From: Thelocarpon superellum
Taxonomy: Eukaryota
Reading direction: 5' to 3'
Assembly: GCA_026025795.1 (NCBI GenBank)
Contig: JAPEUG010000020.1
Location: forward strand, 1 to 64,000
Length of the DNA stretch: 64,000 nucleotides
The notes beneath the pieces are model-generated. The model saw nothing but the letters and a program-made list of their open reading frames with translations, ran no database searches and was not told where the DNA came from. The translations under genes and the position numbers were made by a program. Below, in pieces: positions 49,737-62,600 of this stretch. Each line of letters starts with the position of its first letter. Position 1 is the stretch's first letter.

Positions 49737-51725
49737 ATGGAAGCCTCTTACGCGAATCACCCGCCTCCAGGCATGGGTCAATCGCCCTTCTTTTACTACA
49801 CCCCGGATCCTAAGCCTGAGCACCGTCAACACGGCCACTTTTCGCCGCACCCCACCGGTCTGCCGACGTCGATGCAGATCCAGCAGTTCCAACAACATCT
49901 GCACCTCGCGGATCCAGCCTTGTCATTGCCCTCGACGGGCTTCACTTCGCCACCCTCGTCGGCCAACGCTCAAGTCCAGCTGCAGACCAAGACCCTGTTC
50001 AATCAAGTCCACATGAACGCCGCGGCTATGTCTTCGCCGCGACCGGGCCAGCAAAAGCCGACCATCATCGTCCACGATAATGTGCCCCACTTCATGAACG
50101 TGGGTATTGACACCGACTGCATGGGAACCCCCGATCTGTACGCGTTTCCCTCGACCCCAGCCCTATCGACGTCTGGCAGTGCCATCGGTAGCCCACCCTC
50201 GACGTGTGGCATCCTGCCCACTCCTGTCTCCGGCAATCCCTTCTTCGGCCTCGAGAGCCTCGAGGGAGTCAAGCAGGGATGCGAAGGTGAAGTGCAGACG
50301 GAAAATCTTGCCGGCGGAGACCTGTCGTGGATGAGCTCGCCGCCGATGACGCCTGGTAAGTGGTACATTTAACGGTCGCGTGGACGGTTTTCCGATTTTC
50401 TTTCAGTCCGCGAACTAACACGCGCTGCCGTAGTCTACATTCACCCGCCTTCGGTTAAGGCTAGCCAAGGGTCGGACCTGCTCTCTACCAACGCGTGCCC
50501 GTCGCTGTCCCCATCTCCGTCGCCTCTATCACTACCATCGTTTGCTCAGGCAGAATTTGATTTCTGCGATCCTCGCGAGCTCTCAGTGGCATCCACGGGC
50601 GACAACTCGGCGCCGTCGCTCTCCACGGCCCTGCTTGCCCTGCCAACGTTGTGCCCTGGCGACGACGAGCACAAGTTGATGCTGGGAGGCGAGCTGTCGG
50701 TGGTCGCAACGACGGAGCTGAGCAGCTTCGCATTCACCGAGCCTACGACCAGCCACGGCCTCCCCGTCTTCGACGAATTTTCCGATCTGGACTCTGAGGA
50801 CGACTTCGTCAACGGTCTGGTCGACTTCACCCCGACCGAAAACGTCGAGTACCTCGGCAGCAAACGCCAACGCACTGAAGCCACGCTCTTCGACACGGAC
50901 TCCTTCTTCAGTGAAGAGGACCTCGACGACTTTGACGTGCACACCGCCACAGCTGCCGGGCTTCCAAGCCCACCCTCGTCCCGTCGCGAGTCGGAAGACG
51001 CCTCGGCCACCATGCGCGGCGCGAAAAAGCGGTCGCAGGTGCGGAAATCCAAGCTGTCAGAGCTCGACGCCGAGCCTTCCGACAGCGACTCGGCCGTGGA
51101 TATGTCTCGGCATAGCTCCGCCGTGCCGCAGAACACCGCCGCCCCCAGCAGCGCCACTCCGTCGCAACGGGACGCTTCGGGCGCGCAGAAGTCCTCGGGC
51201 AGCCAGAGCCAGTCGGGCTCGTCGGACGGGAATGCCATCAGCTCTGGCTCCGACGCGGCCGTGCCGACCCCGGCGCCTGTCAACCGCCGTGGTCGAAAGC
51301 AATCCTTGACCGAGGACCCGTCCAAGACGTTTGTGTGCGAACTCTGCTCGCGTCGCTTCCGCCGGCAAGAACACCTCAAGCGCCACTATCGCTCGCTCCA
51401 CACCCAGGAGAAGCCCTTCGAGTGCCACGAGTGCGGCAAAAAGTTCTCGCGCAGCGATAACCTGTCCCAGCATGCCCGCACCCACGGCACCAACGCCGTG
51501 GTCATGGGCGTGCTTGAGGACGGCGAGCTTCCCGACGATGAGCACATGGACGGATTGGGTGAGAGCGACCCAAGCGCCCTTGGCGCGGCCCTCTTCGAGG
51601 CTGCGCTGAACGCCGCCGGTAGCTCGACGAGCTCCATGGGCAGCACCGGCTCAGGTCGGGACAGTACCAGCCCGACGCCGTCGGAGACCAAGGACTCGCG
51701 CAAGAAACGGAAGCGGGACGAGTAG
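49737..51725 (+). CDS. seb1: C2H2 stress-response (STRE-binding) transcription factor Seb1/SebA
   Basis: N-terminal [23 protein letters not shown]; intron 50356-50433; two zinc fingers [52 protein letters not shown]. Confidence 0.9.
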
Positions 51726-52465
51726 AGCTGGGAGAATTGACGCGGCCACGCTTGGCACGACCTGCAATGAACCTTTGTCTTGTTTTTCTGTCCGCCTTGG
51801 ATACTGACCGGTGTGTCGGTTGGTGGGGTGCTGTTGGTGACATTGGTCCATCTCATTCTCGGCGTGCACGAGGGCTTGTGGGAAGCGGAGTGGACACGGA
51901 GGGGAGGGGAGAAAGCGCGAACAATTCCCCAAAAGTCCTTGTCATCAATTCACTTCTGGCCTTTGGCCTTTTGGAGGAATGGGGGCGAGGATCTATCCAC
52001 GCCCCGCATGGGCCAGTGGGTTGCTTCAATAGTTTTGACATGCCGCGCAAGTCCCGTCCGCTTCTTCCGCGTCACGACGTGAGCCGAAGGTTGCTGGCGG
52101 ACTCCTGTATTTCACACACTGGTTTCTCGTCTTCTTCCTCTTCTTCACATCTTCTTACTCTGTACAGTTGATCGACCGCTTGTGCGGGTCACGAAACATG
52201 CTACCGCTTTGAAGCAATTTCGCCTGGGTGACGTAGACGCTGTAGATATGTCCGCTCGGTCTCGTCCCTGAGTCTCAGCACTACGGCAGGAACTCATTGA
52301 CCGTCAGTGAGACCGATTGGGGGGTGCTGTTCGGTCGCGTGGCGTAAGAGCAGATCACCTAGCGACCTGATCCTCCACCCTCCCAAGATACGTTTCTATC
52401 ACCATTTGATCTACAGCGAGGTCATCCACGCCATTCGGGTGCGCTCTGCGACATGGACGTGGACG

Positions 52466-54847
52466 ATGGCGCCTTCGCTCTCGGTGATCGCGCTGATCTC
52501 TGGAGGAAAGGATTCCTTATTTTCAATTCTGCATTGCATCGCCAATGGGCACCAAGTCGTGGCTCTGGCCAACCTCTATCCGCCGACGCCATCTTCGACG
52601 GCAGACGAGAGCCAGAGTCGCGTGCATGATAGCGGCGAAGCCCGAGCAACGGTCGATGATATCAACAGCTACATGTATCAGACCGTGGGACACACCGTCA
52701 TCCCACTCTACGAGGACGCGCTTGGAGTCCCTCTATACCGCGAGCCGATCGCGGGCCAGTCCATCAACCAGGAGAAAAGCTACCATCCGCCAGCGGACGG
52801 GCGAGACTCTGAAGCGCCGTCGGATGAGACCGAATCTTTGCTTCCCTTGCTCCAGAGAATCAAGCGTGCACATCCGGCCGCCGACGCGGTCAGCACCGGT
52901 GCCATCCTGTCGGACTATCAGCGCACCCGAGTGGAGTCGGTTGCCCTCCGGCTGGGCCTGATCCCGCTCTCCTTCCTCTGGCAGTATCCATCGCTGCCAC
53001 CCGGACTGCCCGCTTCGTTGCTCGACGATATGGCCGCGGTCGGACAGGATGCCCGCATCATCAAAGTCGCGTCTGGTGGTCTGGACGCAAGTGTCCTTTG
53101 GGAGAATGTGGCGAGCGATCGAGGTAAGAGGAGCCTACAAAAAGCCATGGAGCGGTTTGGTAGCGGTCATGGTGGAGCGGTTCTGGGTGAGGGAGGTGAA
53201 TATGAGACCTTGGCGGTTGACGGGCCGGCACCGTTGTGGAAGAAACGCATCGACGTTCGACCAGAGGATCGACGGGTGATCCATGAGGGTGCTGGCTCGG
53301 CTTTGTTGCGGATCAATGACGCACAACTGGTTGTCAAACGGGGAGAGCTGAGCTCTGACGATCTCTCGCCCGGAAACAGACCCAGGCCTCAACTAGACCC
53401 GAGGATACCTGATCTGCTGGACGCTGACTTTCAACGGATTCTCGAACGACCAGCTGGGCCATCGCAAACAAATGAGACTTGCGCTTCGAGCACGAGACCA
53501 TCGCCGCTGGGCGTGGATACACTCGCCCTATGGACTTCACAGCGAAGCACGACGGCATGGTATGTCTCCAACATGGTCCATATTGAACCCGATGTACATG
53601 TTGGGGACGAGATCAAGGCGATTGTGGGACGCGCGCGAAGCCTCCTGCTTTCACATGGATCGTCGCCAGATGACATCGTCCACACGACGATTCTGCTCCG
53701 GAGCATGGAGGCTTTCCAGACCGTCAACCAGGTCTACGTCACCCTATTCACCCAGCCCAACCCACCAGCACGCCTGACTGTGGCGTTGGGAGATGCCCTT
53801 CCTCGAGATTGTCAGGTGATGACGTCGATCGTAGTGGACTTGATGCCGAGCCAAACGCGAAGAAGCCTCCACGTGCAGTCTCGATCCTACTGGGCCCCTG
53901 CCAACATTGGGCCTTACTCGCAAGCTATCCTAACCGCACCATCGACCGAGAAGGTAGATGGCGTGACTGAGGTGGCGTCGTTGGTTTACGTGGCCGGCCA
54001 GATTCCCTTGGAACCAGCAAGCATGGAAGTACTTGCAGCGACGCGGGCGGACCCCACAACGCAGGCTGGTTTCCACTTGCAGGCCATCCTTGCTCTCCAA
54101 CACCTCTGGCGTATCGGCCGCGTGATGGAGGTCAATTGGTGGGTAGGAGGCATCGCCTTCTTGGTTGGCCGACCAGCCGGCAACGACACTCAGGCCCGTG
54201 CCGCGACGGCGTGGGAGGTATGGAGTGCGCGGCATCTCGCGAGCTTCGAGGAGTCCCTGGCGGCGGAGGAGGGCGACTCAGACGAGATAGTGGACATCTG
54301 GGACCAGCAGTATGGGAAGCCGTACGGCCTACCCCACACGGCACCATCCCAGCCGTCCCACCGGTCGCTCCCGAATCTCACCATGGTCAAGACGCGGAGG
54401 TCGACACCGCTCATCCCACCGTTCTGGGCGGTAGAAGTGTTCGAGCTGCCTCGGGCTTGCCAGGTGGAGTGGTCGGCACCTGGACTGGCGCTGGGTCCGG
54501 TGTCCGTGTTTGAGGGCCGGGACGAGCACTTGTGGATGAACCTCACCCTCTCCGACGGCACTGGTCGTGCCATCGTCTCCGTCACTATGGGTGACGGCAG
54601 CGAGGACCTCGATCTGAAACGTACCTTTGCTCGGATCCAGAGTCTGGACGTGTTGACCGGCGAGGCTCTTTTCCGCTCGACGCGATTCCAGACGAACCAC
54701 GCCACGATCTACACAACTTGTTGGCAGAAGCTCTCGCTCCATGATGAGATGCATTCAATGGTGGTCCCCTGTCGGTCATTGTGGGGTCCTAAAGGATGCC
54801 GACTGACGGCAGCGATGGTGCTTCAGGGTGCCATATGTCCCCAATGA
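52466..54847 (+). CDS. DPH6: Diphthine--ammonia ligase with C-terminal RidA/YjgF-like domains (intronless)
   Basis: VIALISGGKDS, SYMYQTVGH, GAILSDYQRTRVESV, GEGGEYETL, LHVQSRSYWAPANIGPYSQA, AGQIPL, LPRACQVEW. Confidence 0.95.
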   Translation: MAPSLSVIALISGGKDSLFSILHCIANGHQVVALANLYPPTPSSTADESQSRVHDSGEARATVDDINSYMYQTVGHTVIPLYEDALGVPLYREPIAGQSINQEKSYHPPADGRDSEAPSDETESLLPLLQRIKRAHPAADAVSTGAILSDYQRTRVESVALRLGLIPLSFLWQYPSLPPGLPASLLDDMAAVGQDARIIKVASGGLDASVLWENVASDRGKRSLQKAMERFGSGHGGAVLGEGGEYETLAVDGPAPLWKKRIDVRPEDRRVIHEGAGSALLRINDAQLVVKRGELSSDDLSPGNRPRPQLDPRIPDLLDADFQRILERPAGPSQTNETCASSTRPSPLGVDTLALWTSQRSTTAWYVSNMVHIEPDVHVGDEIKAIVGRARSLLLSHGSSPDDIVHTTILLRSMEAFQTVNQVYVTLFTQPNPPARLTVALGDALPRDCQVMTSIVVDLMPSQTRRSLHVQSRSYWAPANIGPYSQAILTAPSTEKVDGVTEVASLVYVAGQIPLEPASMEVLAATRADPTTQAGFHLQAILALQHLWRIGRVMEVNWWVGGIAFLVGRPAGNDTQARAATAWEVWSARHLASFEESLAAEEGDSDEIVDIWDQQYGKPYGLPHTAPSQPSHRSLPNLTMVKTRRSTPLIPPFWAVEVFELPRACQVEWSAPGLALGPVSVFEGRDEHLWMNLTLSDGTGRAIVSVTMGDGSEDLDLKRTFARIQSLDVLTGEALFRSTRFQTNHATIYTTCWQKLSLHDEMHSMVVPCRSLWGPKGCRLTAAMVLQGAICPQ

Positions 54848-55297
54848 CCTCTCAGTGGCGTCGGAATAGTCTCAAATGGCATCAGTTACGATGACGAGAC
54901 GAAGCTCGTAGTTCCTACAGCCACTAGCTCGTTGCAGTGGGTGATGATACTGGGTCCAGGGAGAATGCAATCTGTTCGCGACGAAAAGCGAGATAGGGCG
55001 ATGGCTACTGGCCATTAGTTGCCGGCCCTTCGGTATTCGATAATAGTGGCGCCTCGGACCACCTCGCACCGATTCACACGCCAACTAAATCCCAACTAAA
55101 CGTATCAGATCGGCTCCCAAGTCAAGCCTGGTCATCATGGCCCAACAACCCAGGATGGCATGACGTTCAGCGCCGGGTGCGACATCCTCACTCCATGATG
55201 GCTTGCTATTCGTCATCATCCTCCACCATCGCCGATCCTAATCGGCGCCGACGGAGCACTTCCTGCCGTCCCCAATGATTGGGACCGAGCCTGCGCC

Positions 55298-58177
55298 ATG
55301 TCTGAGCGAGAGAGACTGGGGGCACACGACATGCTCCAGGACCATGAGCCGCCCACCTCTCCCGCGCCCTCAGCGCTGTTGCCGTCCGCTGCCGACCGTC
55401 TGTCACGATCACCACATCCCTATCATCGGCGCCGATCCCAGCTCACGTTGGACGAGGGTCTGACGCCCAACAGCCGTCCAGCGCCCTACCTCCCCTCATC
55501 GAGTCCGACACCCTCGCCACATGAGACCGAGGGCGAGGCCACGACGGCGTACGGAAACGGGTTCCTGCCACGCAAAGCCTCCAGCGACTCCGGGACCGAA
55601 GCCGACGATGAGAGTCTTCATCTGCTGAAGGGCCTCCCCGCCCCGCCCTCGCGGCCGCGAAAGGGCCTCCGAGACTCACGAGGCCATAGCGTGGAGGGCG
55701 CGCTGAGTCCGCTGCTGACCCCGGCCTTCCTGGGCGATGCCGGCCGTCGTTTCTCCGCCGACTTCGGCGATGCTCGCCGGCTGGAGGCCGATGGAGGGAA
55801 AAGCGCCGCCGCCGAAGCGCGCACGCGGCTGGAGGTCTTCTTGAGAAAGCGGTCGGCCGAACTGAAGAGACGCGGGTTGGAGGTCTTGCTACTTGGAGCG
55901 GTGGGCGCTACGGTGCTCACTGACGGCCGGGTCTGGCATGCGGTCAACAAGGGGCACCGCAGCGAGCTCGCCACGCACCTGCTGCTCTGGCTCAGCGTCT
56001 GTGTGTTGTATCCGCTCCGATTGTGCCTCTCTCACACCCGATGGCAGGCGACCCCGTCGCCGGGTCCCGCTCGCGCGAACATTCGAATTCCATCGGCCTT
56101 TGACCCAGCGCCGCTCCTCTACCCGGTGCTGCTCCCCGTCTACGCTGCGCTGTCACTTCTGCCCGCCACGCCCAACATCTTGTTGCCGAATCTCATCTTA
56201 AGCCTATCGACCGTCCCGAAATTGCTCATCCCGGGCGAGCAAAGTCCTGGCTCATACGATCTGTGCCATTGGGTTCTTGCTGCGCTCCCCATGATGGCCA
56301 CGAACGGCCCACTTCGCACCGACGCCCGAAACCCTCTCGCGCGCCAGGACGACCCATTCGATCCGGAACTTCTTATCATCCTCTATCCCCTCTACCAAGC
56401 CCTGCTTCCGGTGCTGCGATATCTGACCACCACCAGTCTTCTCCCCGCCGAACTGCACTTGCTTTCGATATGTATGATCAATCTCCTCTTCTACTCCGTG
56501 TCCCCTCAGACGGTCATTCTCAAGGCACTCCTCTGGGGTGGAGGATTGGGCCTCTTGGTCTTCTGCGGTCAGGTCTTGCGATGGGCCGTGGCGTTGGCTA
56601 GGATCCCGACCTGGAGATTCCGGCGCGCGGGACACGTGAGTCAGGCCACCAATGTTTTCCACCCTCGGTCGCTGGTGTCCAAGTGGGCCTTGCAACTCGC
56701 TAGTCCGTTGAAAGAGCGACTAGAGGAAGATAGTGACGCGGACGAGGACGGCCTGCCGGGTATTGAAGTGACAGCGCCCTACGGTGTCGATCAAGGGGCC
56801 CGCCCGGCTAGAGGCGGTGACGACACCTCCCCCTCCATCGCAGCTCTAAGGAACAAGGTCGACGAGCATGCCGTGGATGATGGCGAGACAGCCAGAGCGC
56901 ATGTCGGCCAAGGACCGCGGCCGTCGTGGGCACTCAACGTGGGAACACTCCACGGGCCGGGCTCTCGCGCGATCGGATCGAAGCTGGGCATGCGCGGGCG
57001 CGAAAAACGTCGGACGTTGTCGACCGTGCAAGCCTACCTGAGCATGACTCCGCAACAAGCATTACGTCGCAAGTGGTTTTACGCGGGGTATGTGTATGTG
57101 GTGGTGGTAGTGATGGTGCTTGGAGGCCTCCGGCCTTATATCGGTGCCCATGCATTGATGAACCACGAACCGATTGGGTGGGCCGTGGGATATTTGCTGG
57201 GCAACATCCAATGGCTGCGACTCTTAATCGTGACGTCGAATCTGGAGCAGTGGATATGTCTCCCGTCGCGGAGGGGGTCGTCGCACTGTTGTCGGGGCTG
57301 GATGGAGCACCTCCGGCATGAGGCAATCGGCGAAGGAAACACCCGACTCCTCCTGTGCACATACTGGGCCGCGGTGGTGGCGGTGGGCCTGGCCGTCGTC
57401 TTACGCCTCAGCCGGGTGGTGGAGGTGGACACACGACGGAAGGTGTTTCACGGCATGATGGTGGCCATGTTCCTGCCGGCGACGTACGTTGACCCCACCT
57501 TTGCCGGCTTTGCCTTGATGCTGGTGCTCGCCGTCTTCCTCCTGCTTGATCTCTTCCGAGCGTCCCAGCTGCCACCGGTCTCCAGACCGCTGGCGTCCTT
57601 CCTGACGCCCTACGTGGACGGACGAGACCTGCGGGGTCCCGTCGTGGTCTCGCACATCTTCCTCCTCATTGGATGCGCCATCCCCTTGTGGCTCTCCCTC
57701 GCCAGCGAGCCCCGCACGGGCACGGGCGCCTGGATGGGATGGGATGTGGGAGCACGCAGCGTGGACATGGTCAGCGGCGTCATCTGCGTGGGCATGGGCG
57801 ACGCCGCGGCGTCCTTGATCGGCCGCCGATTCGGTCGACGAAAATGGCCCTGGACGGGCGGCAAGAGCCTAGAAGGGAGCCTGGCATTTGCCCTGGCGGT
57901 CACCCTGGGCATCCTCCTCGCGAAAGCCTGGCTCGTCTTGGGCGGCTGGCGTGAGGCCGCGTCGCACCCCGCCCGTCATCTCGTGCAACCTGATGCTCAG
58001 AGCTACCTCAGCCACGTCACGACCGCCTTCACCCATACGCCGTGGCGATCTACCCTGCTCAAGTCGATCGCTGCCTCAGCCGGGGCCAGTTTGACAGAGG
58101 CGGTTTTGACGGGCGGAAATGACAACGTCGTGGTTCCCGTTGTCCTTTGGCTGCTTGTGAGGGGGTTAGCCATCTAG
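55298..58177 (+). CDS. SEC59: Dolichol kinase (CTP-transferase family, multi-TM; intronless)
   Basis: DTRRKVFH, DGRDLRGPVVVSHIFLLIGCAIPLWL, GVICVGMGDAAASLIGRRFGRRKW..GKSLEGS, GGNDNVVVP. Confidence 0.92.
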   Translation: MSERERLGAHDMLQDHEPPTSPAPSALLPSAADRLSRSPHPYHRRRSQLTLDEGLTPNSRPAPYLPSSSPTPSPHETEGEATTAYGNGFLPRKASSDSGTEADDESLHLLKGLPAPPSRPRKGLRDSRGHSVEGALSPLLTPAFLGDAGRRFSADFGDARRLEADGGKSAAAEARTRLEVFLRKRSAELKRRGLEVLLLGAVGATVLTDGRVWHAVNKGHRSELATHLLLWLSVCVLYPLRLCLSHTRWQATPSPGPARANIRIPSAFDPAPLLYPVLLPVYAALSLLPATPNILLPNLILSLSTVPKLLIPGEQSPGSYDLCHWVLAALPMMATNGPLRTDARNPLARQDDPFDPELLIILYPLYQALLPVLRYLTTTSLLPAELHLLSICMINLLFYSVSPQTVILKALLWGGGLGLLVFCGQVLRWAVALARIPTWRFRRAGHVSQATNVFHPRSLVSKWALQLASPLKERLEEDSDADEDGLPGIEVTAPYGVDQGARPARGGDDTSPSIAALRNKVDEHAVDDGETARAHVGQGPRPSWALNVGTLHGPGSRAIGSKLGMRGREKRRTLSTVQAYLSMTPQQALRRKWFYAGYVYVVVVVMVLGGLRPYIGAHALMNHEPIGWAVGYLLGNIQWLRLLIVTSNLEQWICLPSRRGSSHCCRGWMEHLRHEAIGEGNTRLLLCTYWAAVVAVGLAVVLRLSRVVEVDTRRKVFHGMMVAMFLPATYVDPTFAGFALMLVLAVFLLLDLFRASQLPPVSRPLASFLTPYVDGRDLRGPVVVSHIFLLIGCAIPLWLSLASEPRTGTGAWMGWDVGARSVDMVSGVICVGMGDAAASLIGRRFGRRKWPWTGGKSLEGSLAFALAVTLGILLAKAWLVLGGWREAASHPARHLVQPDAQSYLSHVTTAFTHTPWRSTLLKSIAASAGASLTEAVLTGGNDNVVVPVVLWLLVRGLAI

Positions 58178-59682
58178 GGTTTTCTGTACTTTTACCTCGA
58201 GCGACGTCGTCAGAGGGAAGGCGAACACGCACAGAATAGGTGCTGCTAGATTATTGTACCAGAACGCGTACGGATCCGCGACGGACGAAGGCGTCCGGGG
58301 TCTGAACATGTCGTCTGAGAGATGGACGTGGCTCATTCTTATCATGCTGATTCGGCGACGTCTACGCTGTGTCCTGGTTCGTGGACATCAAAGTCATCAA
58401 CCCGACGGTCTTCTGTCGTGGACAAAGCACGCATGTTATCGGGCGTGATTCCGAGCCACTTGCACCAAATCCCCCGTCGTCCTACGCTTCATACACGGGT
58501 TACCGGGAGTGGCGTGCTTGGTTGGTTGTCACATTGGTGGTGTGAAGACGCGCCGTCGTCCGGACGGTTGAGTAAGACCCGTCGACGCTCCCCCGTCGAA
58601 TGACCGAGCCCCGGTCAGGCCCCTTGGCTCACGGTTGGGGAGGCTTCTCAGTGGTGCGGGCTGACGCGCAGCAGGTCACTCGGTCGCCACGACTAACCCA
58701 GCCGAGCAGTAGGGGCTCCGATCACGCCAGGCCATGGCCGAGATCGCAGACCACGTGAGGGCGTACGGCGAGGGGAAGGGCGCTGCTCGGTACTTTACGA
58801 AGTGGCGTCCGCGAGCCCCTCGTTTACCACCGTCCCACGGCGTCAGGCGTCAGGCGTCGTCGCCGCTACCGTGGTACTTCTGCACCGCTACGGATGTCTA
58901 GGACTTTGGTGGTACCGATAGCTGCTCCGCCAATGCGACTAGCCGTTGTTCTAGCATAGCTTTAGACGATGGCTCATCAAGGCCCCGAGTGACACCACCA
59001 GTACCGCGACCTGGACCACTCGACCAGCTGCGTGATCCGATTACTCCCGTTTCATGATCGACCGGAGTCACCCAGCTCCCCAGCTCCCCCACTTCCCAGG
59101 CCCCCTGCCTCTCCTTCCTCGCATCCAGCACCAATCTACCCAATCCGGCTTCCTTTGGAGCTCTCCTTCGTCGCCACCAATCCCTTTCTCCTGTCGCCCG
59201 CCGCCTCACCACCGCGCTCGGCGCTCTCCGGTGCCGTATCTGCTGCGGACCCGCCTAGTCGTTCTCACCACGCGATCCACGCGATAGAGCTCGCTACTCA
59301 CTCGTTTGACCCCAACGCCGAGTGCTCTTCCGCGCCACAGCCTTATCGCCCTCCCCCACGACTCGAGTACACCGTCGACGGGTGCCACCCCGAGATCGAA
59401 GCCGGATCCATCGTCACTGGTGACGGTAGCTGCTCCGCCGACGATGGCCCGCTGAGGCTTGCCACCACCACCACTACCACATCGTGATCTGGCACCTCGC
59501 AAGATCCTGTCGCCTACCGACTGGAGCCTTGGCCCGCAACCAGTTCTGCCTGACGCCAATGTAGCACGGCGCCCCGCCCCACTCTCCATTCCCCTTCCCG
59601 CCAACCATCTTCCACCCTCTCTACCTGACCGAAGATCGAACCCGCGTGCCACTGGGCCAAACCGTGAATATCATCCCCCAGC

Positions 59683-62600
59683 ATGGCGGCACTGCCGCCT
59701 CCCGCATCCTCCTCGCGTCGGAGTCGCGAGTCAGGCCAGATGGATGCCGTGGTTGGGCAATTCAAGATCCAGATGGAGATTGGCAAAGGCAGCTTCGCGA
59801 CCGTCTACCGAGCTATTCATGTCGTATGCCTGCTCCTCCCTCTCCCTCTCCCTCTCCCTCTCCTCCCTTATGCTTTGAAGCCCGCCCGTCCACAGACACT
59901 GACCATGCTCGGCCTCGCAGAAAAACCGCTCGCTCGTGGCCATCAAGTCCGTCCATCTGCAGAAATTGAACAAGAAGCTCAAGGAGAATCTCTACTCCGA
60001 GATCGACATCCTCAAGGGTCTCCACCACCCGCACATCGTGGCCTTGATTGATTGTCAGGAATCCGCCCACCACATTCATCTCGTCATGGAGTTCTGCCAG
60101 TTGGGCGACCTGTCCTACTTCATCAAGAAACGCGATCGCCTCGTCTCGCACCCCGCCACAGCTGACATGATGAAAAAGTATCCGAGTCCGCCAGGTGGTG
60201 GTCTGAACGAGGTCATCGTCCGACACTTTCTGAAGCAGCTTTCCAGCGCGCTCGAGTTCCTGCGGGCGAGGAATTTCATCCATCGTGACGTGAAACCCCA
60301 AAACCTCTTGCTCAATCCATCGCCCCTGTACCTGGCCAATTCACATTCCGAGCTCCCCTACGCCGCCAGTGAGAACTCCCTCGTACCCGTCGTCGGCGTC
60401 GAGTCCCTGCCGATGCTCAAGATTGCCGATTTTGGCTTCGCTCGGTCGCTTCCGTCTACTTCGTTGGCAGAAACGCTGTGCGGCTCGCCGCTGTACATGG
60501 CCCCCGAGATATTACGCTACGAGAAGTATGACGCCAAGGCCGATCTGTGGTCCGTCGGTACCGTTCTCTACGAGATGATGGCCGGACGCCCGCCGTTCCG
60601 TGCTTCCAACCACGTCGAGTTGCTACGAAAGATCGAGCGGGGTGATGACCGGATCGGCTTCCCCGAAGGCGTCCCTATGACCGACGGCATGAAGCGGCTG
60701 ATCCGCGGATTGCTGAAGCGGAATCCGGTCGAGAGGATGGGCTTCAAAGATTTCTTCGACCATGCAGTTGTAAAGGACGACATCCCCGGTCTGGTTGGGG
60801 AAGATCGGATGAAGCAATCTCCAAACCCTGCGTCCGACGCCTCCACCCAACACGCGAGCTCCTCCAAAGACTCGAGGCAGAGCAACGCGGACCGAGAGGA
60901 ACGTGACGAGGCGAGAAATGAGCCATCGCAGGCGTCGCGCGACGTCACGAGTCGAAACACAACGCACAGCTCGACCAATCGGGCCGGCACGCCGACGTCC
61001 ACGACGCGCCCGTATTCTGGCACGCCGCCACGGCCTGGACCAGGGTCGCGACGCGTCAGCGGGAGCGTGACGACCAACACACCGTCCCAGCGTGATCGAT
61101 CTGATCGAGACCGAGCACCGTCGCCTCGGCGACCGAGCATCACCTCCCATGCGACTGCGCCGACACGTCCGGAACAACTCTACGACCGTGGAACCCCGAT
61201 TGGCGACGGGATGATGGCCCGTCAGAGCAGCCGCGATCGACCTTCCTCGCGTTCCTCCACGCGTGAACGAGACGGACGACGCCGCGACGAACGAGCATCC
61301 AAGGACGTAACGGAACGGGCCGAGCAAGAAGTCGCGTTTGAGCGAGATTACGTCGTGGTCGAGAAGCGGGCGGTGGAAGTCAACGCCTTTGCAGATGAGT
61401 TGGCCGCCAGTCCTCGCATCCATGGCGCGTATCAAAATGCCCCGACCACTCCGCACCAGGGCGCGATGACGCGACGAGCGACGACGCAGGGTCAGCCCGG
61501 CTCCGCGACGGGCGCTCAGGTCACACCGTCTCGGGCGCTCCAGATTGCCACAGGCAAGCAGCTGCCAGATGCGTATCACCGGCGACAGAGCTCGTACGAG
61601 AGACGATATGGAGCGAGTCCGGCGTCAGCCACGTCGGCCATCTCCAAAGCTCTTAACATGGCGAACTTTCGGCTGTTCGGCGTGGGTTTCTCGCCGCCCT
61701 TTGTGGCAAAGTCAGGTCACTCGCCACCCCAGACCTACGGGGCGTTCCCAGCGTACCCGACCACGCATGGGAGCTTGGTGATGATTGGCGATGGCGGCAA
61801 GACCGGAATCGTGCAGGATGAAGATTCGCGCGCCGTGCAGATCATCGAAGAGTCCGCGACCCGCAGCGATGTGGTCTATGGATTTGCCGAGGTGAAATAC
61901 AAACAGCTCATCCCGCTCGCACCCTCGGTCGATCGCGGTCTAGGACTCCGGGCAGCAGGCTTGGGAGAGACGCGTGAAGGCGAGGGAGAACAGAGCCCAG
62001 GCCCGGAAGACGAGGGATTGACGGTGGATGCCATCGTCACGCTCTCCGAAGAAGCGCTGGTCCTTTACGTCAAGGCCCTGTCGTTACTCGCCCGCGCCAT
62101 GGATATCGCCAGGGCGTGGTGGGCTCGCAAGACTCGACGAGAAGTTGCGGGAGAATCACCACGCTCCGAGGCCAGTGCGGCAGGCACGATTGCGGCTGGG
62201 AATCGGATCAACAACGTCGTGCAATGGGTGCGCAGTCGGTTCAACGAGGTGCTCGAAAAGGCAGAGTTTGTGGCGCGCAAGTTGGTAGACGCGCAAAAGC
62301 AGCTTCCTTACAGCCATCCGAGCCACCCCAGCAACCATCCGACGGTGTCGACGTCATCGACTAGACTCGGAACCTCCACGGATGCCGTAGTCGTCGGATC
62401 GGGGGTCACGGCGGAAAAGCTCATGTACGACCGCGCCTTGGAGATGAGCAGGGCGGCGGCGGTAAATGAGTTGCTGGGCGACGACCTTCCGGGATGTGAG
62501 ATTGCGTACGTGACGGCGGTGAGGATGCTAGAGGCGGTTCTGGAGGGCGACGAAGGATGCGACCGAGACGAGCGGCCGATTGACGGCATGGAGGTGGAAG

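Noticed and set aside
52307..52465. N-terminal extension of DPH6 in the ORF track
   Set aside because: It begins at a GTG, and family similarity starts at the ATG at 52466
60623..61579. 318-aa minus-strand Arg-rich ORF
   Set aside because: Antisense to ATG1; its composition is typical of GC-rich off-frame translation
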